In this document: piece by piece, positions 29,489 through 36,272 of the stretch | Numbering within the stretch: the first letter of the stretch is position 1 | Layout of the letters: each line of letters starts with the position of its first letter | NCBI GenBank assembly: GCA_020631975.1 | Contig: JACKGO010000008.1 | Location: forward strand, 8,446-72,445 | Source of the DNA: Candidatus Nomurabacteria bacterium | Lineage (GTDB): Bacteria > Patescibacteriota > Saccharimonadia > Saccharimonadales > CAIOMD01 | Direction of reading: 5' to 3' | DNA: 64,000 nt | Notes under the pieces: generated by a model | What the model saw: only the letters and a program-made list of their open reading frames with translations | Database searches by the model: none | Told to the model about the DNA's origin: nothing | Made by a program: the position numbers and the translations under genes

Positions 29489-30364
29489 TTAGCGCTTTAC
29501 ATCATTAAGTATTAGCTCGCCCATACCAAAATCTAGCGTTGCGGAATGATGAGGAGTCGGCTCAGCCTCATTTGCATGAAAATGTGCGTAATGTTCTGAT
29601 ACGTATCGTCTTGTGCGGTCACCATTGGCAATCAATTGATATAGTCTGTCGCCTTCTGGCAAGCTGCGAACAAGCTCTTCTCCGTGTGAGTGTGTACGCA
29701 TTGCTTTATGAATAGCGCCTAGGCCTTCCATTGGGTCCGGTAAGCGTTCAGTGGTCCATAATAAATCTCCATAATATGGATCCTCCCAAGCCATCGCTAT
29801 GCCCCCTAGAGAAATATAAAGTTTATATTCATCAGATATTTGTGTTTCTTTCCAATCTTCAAACGCTCCAGGCTCAAGTAGGTCACCCCTTAAAGCCGAA
29901 CCGATGCCATTTACTTCTTGTTCAACAATAGTATGCCCAGGTGCTTGGTTTACAATATGGTAATTGTCACCTCGCCCAGCGGCACCCCAAGGTACAAGTA
30001 GCGTAGGTTGCGTACCGTGGTATTCGGAAATATCCATAGGCAGATCGCGTGTATGTGGGTAGCGGGATAGCCAATTGTGTAACAAAGCATCCAAGATAAA
30101 TGATTGATTAATTGCCACACTATATTCACGCGAGAAACTAATTCGCCTATGAAGAGGCAACAAGCTCTCTCCGGCGAGTAACACGTCTAAATCTCTAGGG
30201 GGCACACCATCTGCTTGGCGAACAGACGATCCATGAACTAATAATGTATAGTCTTCAAGATCCCGTTGTATTGATGCTTTTTCTGATGCAACACCATTAC
30301 CGCGCCCTTGTGTATGTATACTATTTTGTATTGATTCTAATGTACTATTTCTTAATATTTTCAT
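29489..30364 (-). CDS. Pol-beta-superfamily nucleotidyltransferase domain protein
   Basis: 291-aa ORF. HGSSVRQADGVPPRDLDVLL fits the G[SG]-x(9-13)-DhD NTase signature, and a further acidic strand LPMDISEY lies downstream. The C-terminal ~150 aa are unassigned. Confidence 0.55.
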   Translation of the reverse strand: MKILRNSTLESIQNSIHTQGRGNGVASEKASIQRDLEDYTLLVHGSSVRQADGVPPRDLDVLLAGESLLPLHRRISFSREYSVAINQSFILDALLHNWLSRYPHTRDLPMDISEYHGTQPTLLVPWGAAGRGDNYHIVNQAPGHTIVEQEVNGIGSALRGDLLEPGAFEDWKETQISDEYKLYISLGGIAMAWEDPYYGDLLWTTERLPDPMEGLGAIHKAMRTHSHGEELVRSLPEGDRLYQLIANGDRTRRYVSEHYAHFHANEAEPTPHHSATLDFGMGELILNDVKR

Positions 30365-30370
30365 TAAATT

Positions 30371-30418
30371 CCTTTCGCCGTTTTCGGCTCGTCAGTGCGG
30401 ATACACATCCGCAGAGGG
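30371..30418 (-). ncRNA. type III hammerhead ribozyme motif, copy 1 (HHR-1)
   Basis: Minus strand: CCCUC/UGCGGAU-GUGU-AUCCGCA-CUGACGA-GCCG-AAAA-CGGC-GAAA-GG. The core is complete (CUGANGA, GAA, A15.1:U16.1, C17). Stems I and II are closed and stem III is open. The predicted cut is between 30414 and 30413. Confidence 0.6.
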
Positions 30419-30505
30419 TTGGGGTGGGCGCTTACGAGGGCGCCACACCCCTTTGTGATTGCCCAAAGTGGGCTTTGATGCGCTTATCACAAAAGCGCTG
30501 GCGGT

Positions 30506-30883
30506 TTACCACTGATACGATCTGGGGTAAACTTTGCTTTCGGGTGCAGGGCACACCCACACATCGGATCGGTAGGGCTCCATGAGCACTACCGCTTGTC
30601 CGTTGGTGCACGACGCTCCGCCCTCTAGCACTGCCGGGGGCTGTTCGCCACTGTAGCAGTAGGACGGGCTACCTGGCACGGGCAGCCCTCCGGCACAACG
30701 TTCTCTGGCCTGCTCTTCGATGAGGGCCGAGTTCAGCGGGATAAAAATAGCCCCACTGATGATAGCTGTGATGGCTAGTACCGTCATAGCCACCTTATCC
30801 CTCGCTACTAACGCCATGATTGCCATGGCCAGCAGCACGGCGGTCAATGTAAGTACTGCATATGCAGCATCGTACAGGGACAT
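30506..30883 (-). CDS. small membrane protein with a Cys-rich C-terminal domain
   Basis: 125-aa ORF with a strong SD (GGGAGGAGGGGG) before the ATG. It has two predicted TM helices, then a domain with five Cys. It is visibly more G+C-rich than its neighbours. Confidence 0.55.
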   Translation of the reverse strand: MSLYDAAYAVLTLTAVLLAMAIMALVARDKVAMTVLAITAIISGAIFIPLNSALIEEQARERCAGGLPVPGSPSYCYSGEQPPAVLEGGASCTNGQAVVLMEPYRSDVWVCPAPESKVYPRSYQW

Positions 30884-31016
30884 TGTAGCCCCCTCCTCCC
30901 AAACAAATCTGTGCTCACATTTTGCAAGCAGGCTTCAGACTGGTTGGGTTGCCAACTGCTAAATTGTCTTAACAATCAACAATCCAACCAGTCTTTAAAA
31001 TAATTAATACTTGTTA

Positions 31017-31940
31017 TTAATGTTTCAGCCCACTATCAAATAATGCTGGTGTAGCTATAACTGATCTGTTATTATACAAATCCTCCAGATCAATTAAGTA
31101 GGTGTTGTCTTCAGGATGATTGACAGACCATAACATTCCTGCAACTTGTCCTGGTTCAGCTACAAATTTGATCATCATTTCACCATTGTTCAAAAAATAT
31201 AAAGTCTCTGTTACCTCTAGCCCATTAGTCCCAATGTATCTCGTAACATTGCGCCACTTTTCATGTGGTTCTTTTATAAACACTCCATAAGAAACTAGTG
31301 TAGACAGTAGCTCTTGAGTTTTTACCGGCTCGCCCGCCGCCCAACCAGGATATCCATTATTCCCAACCCATACAACTTCACCTTTTTCTGTTTTTTTACC
31401 CATTATGCCAATTTCAAAACCTTCATTAACCGCATTTTGCTTATCACCTACTCTTCGTTCATAGAGTTCCATGGTTTCTTCCATTGATACAATTGGTTCA
31501 ATGATTGGATATTCTTCTGTCTGGTAACGCTTTAAGCCTCGTTTAGTAAGCTCTTCATCGGGCAAATTATGCATAATAGCAACTTCTGAAATACCATGAT
31601 TTCGTTCATTGATTTTTTGCATTAAACTTGGTGTAACTTCATGCAATCCACCATCAATATCACGTATAATTCCATCGCATAAGATTGTTGCGAAACCACA
31701 TAAATTACAACCTCCAACATAAGGATCAAATGTTTTACTATAATCTACATGATCACCACCCAACTCAGTATGTGGTGGATCGAGTAGTAGTCTTACTGCA
31801 TATATACCCGGATGCGTCTTATACAAATCAGCAGGTAAATTATGATGCTGAAAATCGTCTGTTAAAATTCCCTCGCCTAAGATTGGTAAATCAGGAGAAC
31901 TGGAACGTATAGAATCTTCAATTGCTTCTTGTTTATTCAT
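31017..31940 (-). CDS. hypothetical protein
   Basis: 307-aa ORF directly downstream of HHR-2. No family recognised. Confidence 0.5.
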   Translation of the reverse strand: MNKQEAIEDSIRSSSPDLPILGEGILTDDFQHHNLPADLYKTHPGIYAVRLLLDPPHTELGGDHVDYSKTFDPYVGGCNLCGFATILCDGIIRDIDGGLHEVTPSLMQKINERNHGISEVAIMHNLPDEELTKRGLKRYQTEEYPIIEPIVSMEETMELYERRVGDKQNAVNEGFEIGIMGKKTEKGEVVWVGNNGYPGWAAGEPVKTQELLSTLVSYGVFIKEPHEKWRNVTRYIGTNGLEVTETLYFLNNGEMMIKFVAEPGQVAGMLWSVNHPEDNTYLIDLEDLYNNRSVIATPALFDSGLKH

Positions 31941-31980
31941 TACTTATGATATCCTTTCAGGCTACTAGCCTAATATATTT

Positions 31981-32028
31981 CCTTTCGCCGTTTTCGGCTC
32001 ATCAGTGCAGACACACATCTGCAGAGGG
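31981..32028 (-). ncRNA. type III hammerhead ribozyme motif, copy 2 (HHR-2)
   Basis: Minus strand: CCCUC/UGCAGAU-GUGU-GUCUGCA-CUGAUGA-GCCG-AAAA-CGGC-GAAA-GG. The architecture is the same as HHR-1, with a compensatory G:C to A:U change in stem I. The predicted cut is between 32024 and 32023. Confidence 0.6.
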
Positions 32029-32515
32029 TTGGGGTGGGCTTATTGAGTTACGTCCTACCCCGCTCTATGCCTGCCCATGAGTTGGGCTTGAACGCGCATG
32101 CATAGAAAGCGCGTTTACTATATGACCCTAAGCGAGGGGGTTCCGTTTTATTTACAAGGAAACGGTTTCCTGAACCTCGCCGTCCTAGCACGGCTTCGGT
32201 GTACTCGTTGAGTACACGATCTCCTGCCGCTTAAACGGCAGCGGCTTACGCACAACGTCAGTTGGCTTCGCCAATGGACTCACCTCCTTCCGAGGTGTTG
32301 TCCGAATAAGCGCCAACTCGCTTCTTCGGAAGTATTTTAGCCGCCAGTTGGGGCGGAAGCAGTTTTAGTAACCCAGTGATGCCCATACTGGGGATTCGTC
32401 TAGAGCAGGTGCTCTTCGACGATCCGGACAATCTCGTCGGTGTCGACCACTGACGAGATGCCTGCGGCGATCCGCCGATAGTGGGGCTGCCGCCCCACCC
32501 TGGATCAACCTCGCC
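32029..32515 (-). ncRNA. G+C-rich chain of short perfect hairpins (candidate structured RNA; strand uncertain)
   Basis: No convincing ORF. At least 12 local hairpins of 4-8 bp were read directly, for example GUGGGGC/GCCCCAC, AUCUCGUC/GACGAGAU, CCCAGU/ACUGGG, CUGCCG/CGGCAG and GUGUACU/AGUACAC. The 3' ~90 nt are homologous to the three-hairpin module upstream of HHR-1. Confidence 0.35.
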
Positions 32516-32719
32516 GAGCGCCGTACCCAAAAACTTAAATAACTTACTGCTTGAAAGGACATCCACTATTCTTTGACACAAGTTGTCAATTGGAGCCGAA
32601 TGAGAGGCTTGCATCTTAGTAGACAGCCTCTTATCAAGCAACCAAGCCAAGTTTTTAACAAGCTTACTCTATAAATAAGCCCTGCCGTGAGCCAAATAGT
32701 CTTTAGCTCACGTATAGGA
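32516..32719. repeat. Repeat A, copy 2 (~204 bp)
   Basis: See copy 1. The palindrome TTGACA-N5-TGTCAA is at 32573..32589. The copy starts 13 nt after the stop of 32732..33436. Confidence 0.85.
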
Positions 32720-32731
32720 ATTATCTATCTT

Positions 32732-33436
32732 TTAAACTGTTATATCTATAAGATTTTGTGCTTCTATTTTTTGTGCCAAACTCGTGTGTAAAGTTTCAAA
32801 ACCAGCATGTGCTTCTTGGGTATGCACTCGAAAATCGGACAGCTTAGGATCTGCATCATCTTGATATTCTAAGCAATTAGAGTATCCAGCCTCATTCCAA
32901 GTTACTAATTTTCCTATTACAGAAGGAACCCCTTGACTATCTGAAAATAAACCAAATGCATAGTTGTATGGTAAATAATCACCGGTACCAATTGGACGTA
33001 CATCGTTGCTACTGGTGACATGTCTACTATGCGACATTCTTAGCGTTGCTGCACGCGGATTATTATTCCATGTAGAGCCGGGTGTATTTAGGTAGGAATC
33101 GGTAATTAAATCGTAATCTCTATTGTAGAACCCACGACTACCATCACCCCACTGATCACCATATTCCGAACCAAAACTACTTAAAGTTGTCATTTCCCAA
33201 CTCATATCAACACTTACCGGCGTTCTAAATAGTAGTGCTGACAAGCCTGCCCGGACACGTCGGTGTAAGCCAGGTTCATCTGGGTTATCAATGGCGTTTA
33301 AGTCAACTACAGGCATACTGAACCTATCTTCTAGTGTACCCGTATCTGCACGAACTACCTTGTACAGTGCTGTATTGTCTGCGTCAATTAAAAATTCTTG
33401 TATCTCATTTTTCATTATATTACTCCTTATCGACAT
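32732..33436 (-). CDS. hypothetical protein
   Basis: 234-aa ORF lying 20 nt downstream of the preceding ORF. No family recognised. Confidence 0.5.
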   Translation of the reverse strand: MSIRSNIMKNEIQEFLIDADNTALYKVVRADTGTLEDRFSMPVVDLNAIDNPDEPGLHRRVRAGLSALLFRTPVSVDMSWEMTTLSSFGSEYGDQWGDGSRGFYNRDYDLITDSYLNTPGSTWNNNPRAATLRMSHSRHVTSSNDVRPIGTGDYLPYNYAFGLFSDSQGVPSVIGKLVTWNEAGYSNCLEYQDDADPKLSDFRVHTQEAHAGFETLHTSLAQKIEAQNLIDITV

Positions 33437-33456
33437 ATGTTGTCATAGCTTTATTG

Positions 33457-34317
33457 CTATGAATTGTCATTTGTTATACTGTTTAAAAAATCTCTTTCCC
33501 ATGCAGGTATGTCTTCGTCAGGAGAAGATTGTTGTTGTTCTTCTTCTGATATAGTTTGTAAATACTTACCATAGCGCTGCAGGTTGTCTGATTCTAAAAG
33601 CAATGCATCCCACGCCTCTTTAAGTGAAACACCATCTATACTCCTAATGACTTTAAGCTTAGAGCCATCTGGATTATTGTACATAGTTGCCCACTGCTGC
33701 GGTGTGCCTAGCAATAAGTCATTGGTATTAAAGCCATTATTAAGCGCATTCCAAATGCCTTTTGTAGCAACGTTTCCTATCCACTGTGCCGGTATTAGTT
33801 CTTTTGGTACACCAAAGGTTTCAACACCGTCAATATCAAATGATTCTGGTACAACTTTTACTCGGGCAGATTGACCAGCACCTAGCTGATATCTTGCTGT
33901 ATTGCCAGCGGCTTCTATGGCTGCTGTCCAAGCTGCTCCGTCTCCAGCGTACTTTCTACCCTTACCCAAGGTGCTAAAAATAGGTAATCTGAGTGTTGAT
34001 GTTGCAGATTTTTGACTTTCCCAGCCAGTCAGCTGTTTGCTACCTCCAATACCAATGCGATCGGTGAGTGTAGTAGCGACAACCATTGCGTTATTGCTAT
34101 CTTCTGCAGTAATATCACCAGAATACGCTGCAATAGCGCCCAAGACTTGTTCTGTACGCCATGCATGTCTTTCTCTTGATAAACCACCAGCTATTCTTTC
34201 GGCAGCATCCCCAACAATTTCTAAAGATGCTAGCTGTTCTAGTGTCTCTTTTCTTGTATATCCCCAAAAAGGTGATTTTGGGCATGCGTCTGGTAAAATG
34301 ATATCTTGTTCAATCAT
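33457..34317 (-). CDS. hypothetical protein
   Basis: 286-aa ORF with SD GCAGGAGAAG upstream of the ATG. It is the first cistron of the operon. Confidence 0.5.
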   Translation of the reverse strand: MIEQDIILPDACPKSPFWGYTRKETLEQLASLEIVGDAAERIAGGLSRERHAWRTEQVLGAIAAYSGDITAEDSNNAMVVATTLTDRIGIGGSKQLTGWESQKSATSTLRLPIFSTLGKGRKYAGDGAAWTAAIEAAGNTARYQLGAGQSARVKVVPESFDIDGVETFGVPKELIPAQWIGNVATKGIWNALNNGFNTNDLLLGTPQQWATMYNNPDGSKLKVIRSIDGVSLKEAWDALLLESDNLQRYGKYLQTISEEEQQQSSPDEDIPAWERDFLNSITNDNS

Positions 34318-34800
34318 TTACTTCTCCTGCATTTAATTATGATATGGGCATGTATTACCCGCTTGATGCCGCACTTAAGAATACCCTTTATATAATGATA
34401 GGGTTCTTATTGCCCACCCTGCTATTTGTATGACTTTAAAGGGGGTTGGGCGGCACCAGGCGGGCTCGTTGAACTGCGAGATAGGTGTAACCTACCATAT
34501 CAACGAGTACGCGCCAGAGGCACTTGAGCTATATGAGCACTCTTATATGAATAGATGGTAAAGCATATAGAATTAACAAGTATATTCGCGTACGTTTCTC
34601 GGGCGTACCACAGAACGGGCATGAGTTTCGCATCAAAAGCGAATCATTCCTACAGGACCATGTAAATACACATGTTAGCTCCACAACCGCGAGCATTTAA
34701 GCCGCGTACCCACATAATGCGGGAGGGCTCATTTGCCTTGGTAGCTTGCATCTAGTTTATAAGGTGCGATCGATGGATAAGCCTCTCATTCATTCGATCT
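34318..34800 (-). other. ~480-nt untranslated leader, partly G+C-rich (candidate cis-regulatory or structured RNA)
   Basis: Lies between the promoter at 34801..34836 and the ATG at 34317. It has no ORF and contains several local hairpins. Confidence 0.3.
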
Positions 34801-34836
34801 TGCATACAGTATGTCACGTTTTTGCTTTTTTGTCAA
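34801..34836 (-). promoter_or_regulatory. promoter of the 286aa...NTase operon
   Basis: Minus strand: TTGACA - AAAAAGCAAAAACGTGA - CATACT. It has the same -35 and spacer family as the other orphan-gene promoters. Confidence 0.45.
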
Positions 34837-34876
34837 TACTTAGCATGTTATTGATAATATTTACAGTGGTAGCATT

Positions 34877-34918
34877 TGTCATTTTTAAATTGACATTTAT
34901 AACTATATATGCTAGAAT
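34877..34918 (+). promoter_or_regulatory. promoter of TrmB-like paralog 2 with an overlapping inverted repeat
   Basis: TTGACA (34890-34895) - 17 nt - TGcTAGAAT, with the ATG 7 nt after the -10. The inverted repeat TGTCA-N9-TGACA (34877-34895) overlaps the -35. Confidence 0.5.
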
Positions 34919-34925
34919 CTAGGTT

Positions 34926-35714
34926 ATGGACATAGAAATAATAAAAAAAGCTGGGCTAACCGATAGCCAAGCTAAAGCCTATATAGCCCTCATAGAGCAC
35001 GCCGGTTTGTCTGCCGCAGAACTAGCCGAACATATCAACGAATCACGCACCAACACGTATGCAATTATAGATAAGCTTTTTAAGTATGGCCTAATTAGAA
35101 AAAAGGATGACGTTAAATACGGTGCAAAGTACACTGCTAACCACCCCGCAGCACTAGAAGAGCTGGCAGAACGTAGGCGCAAAGTATACGTGCAAAATGA
35201 AAAAATCATCGAAAATAACATGAACAATCTAATAGATTATTTCTATAAATTTTCTGAAGAACCCGGCGCCCGCATTTTACAAGGTATAGAAGGTATCAAA
35301 ACTATATACAACGATACCTTAAAAACCAAAGAGAATATATATCTTTTCCGCACAAGAGCCGATGTAAAAATATTAGGTGAAGATTATTATATTGAATACA
35401 GAAAAAAACGGGTTGATGCAGGTATAAAAACGTATTCTATAACACCGTTTAGCCCTGAAGGTAAAGCACATGTTAAAGAAGGTTTTGATACACAAAATCT
35501 ATACTATAGAACGTTCATACCTGATGATATATACACCGCACCAGTTGAGATAGACATATATGGTGATAAGGTGGCCTTTATTGCCTTTGGAGAAACTCAA
35601 ATGGCTACACTTATAGAAAGCCCCGCGATTGCTATGGCAATGAGGCATATACACGCAATCATAACTGAGTCATTTAGAGAAAAGTCAGAGGCCATGGTAT
35701 CTTCACTATCGTGA
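34926..35714 (+). CDS. TrmB-family-like HTH transcriptional regulator (paralog 2)
   Basis: The HTH is LTDSQAKAYIALIEHAGLSAAELAEHINESRTNTYAIIDKLFKYGLI. The C-terminal VEIDIYGDKVAFIAFGETQMATLIES is shared with paralog 1 and with the fragment at 40457..40618. Confidence 0.6.
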   Translation: MDIEIIKKAGLTDSQAKAYIALIEHAGLSAAELAEHINESRTNTYAIIDKLFKYGLIRKKDDVKYGAKYTANHPAALEELAERRRKVYVQNEKIIENNMNNLIDYFYKFSEEPGARILQGIEGIKTIYNDTLKTKENIYLFRTRADVKILGEDYYIEYRKKRVDAGIKTYSITPFSPEGKAHVKEGFDTQNLYYRTFIPDDIYTAPVEIDIYGDKVAFIAFGETQMATLIESPAIAMAMRHIHAIITESFREKSEAMVSSLS

Positions 35715-35769
35715 TTATAGTACTCCATTACCTTGACGTTCGTTAATAATCATAACTATAATACGCAGT

Positions 35770-36246
35770 ATGACAATTATTCCAGAAGCGTCAAAACCTA
35801 ACGTAGAACTACCTGAAACCCAACGATCTGAAATTTTATATACAGCTATGTTCTTAACTGCCGAGGCTCAGCAAGAGCTACTCGCTAAGTACCCACCAAA
35901 GTATGATACAGTCCATGCAACGCATTCTACCAATGCTTTCAGGGATGCAATACCCCACGGCCCAATTATTGCTGGCATTGAATATACGTTAAAAGTTATT
36001 GGGGTTGTAGACAATGGCCAAGTTCAGGTTGTACTTGTAGAAAATCCTTTCTCACAAAAAGCTGCTCCACATATAACGATATCTTGTGCAATAGATCCTG
36101 ACACGAATAAGCCATATCCACCAAGTATTGCCAATACGGTAATCGAACAAGCAATAGAAGATGGTAGTGTAATCCCAATTACCGGTGTAGAGCTTAATAG
36201 CGTTTCTGGCTACTTTACTAAGTCACATACAGTGGTCACGCATTAG
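35770..36246 (+). CDS. stand-alone 2H (HxT/HxT) phosphoesterase-like protein
   Basis: 158-aa ORF with two H-x-T motifs (VHATHST and PHITISC) at the spacing expected for the 2H fold. It aligns along its length with the C-terminal domain of the 832-aa protein. Confidence 0.55.
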   Translation: MTIIPEASKPNVELPETQRSEILYTAMFLTAEAQQELLAKYPPKYDTVHATHSTNAFRDAIPHGPIIAGIEYTLKVIGVVDNGQVQVVLVENPFSQKAAPHITISCAIDPDTNKPYPPSIANTVIEQAIEDGSVIPITGVELNSVSGYFTKSHTVVTH

Positions 36247-36272
36247 ATTTAAGCTACTTGTATTAAAATAGG

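Noticed and set aside
32185-32274. A 29-aa ORF (TTG start, MAKPTDVVRKPLPFKRQEIVYSTSTPKPC) preceded by the strong SD-like GGAAGGAGGUGA.
   Set aside because: The SD-like sequence is the 3' arm of a perfect hairpin (CACCUC-GGAAG-GAGGUG). The ORF itself is made of two further perfect hairpins. RNA structure explains it better than coding.
32449-32480. A plus-strand CUGACGAG followed by a GCGG-CGAU-CCGC hairpin, looking like a third hammerhead in the opposite orientation.
   Set aside because: The hairpin is followed by CGAUA instead of C-GAAA, so the essential A14 is missing. There is also extra unpaired sequence between the CUGANGA box and the hairpin, and no matching UH cleavage site with a stem I partner.
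32258-32650. Track ORFs of 130 aa (32258..32650, minus) and 65 aa (32365..32562, minus) inside the G+C-rich segment.
   Set aside because: The translations are low-complexity Ser/Arg/Gly/Pro strings with no SD or sensible start context. They run across Repeat A and the hairpin chain, and open frames on several strands are expected in G+C-rich DNA. They are treated as non-coding.
29180-32719. Repeat A copies as a diversity-generating retroelement template/variable repeat pair. About six of nine mismatches fall on adenines of copy 2.
   Set aside because: Three mismatches are not at adenines. Neither copy lies in an ORF, there is an indel between the copies, and no reverse transcriptase is present in the window.
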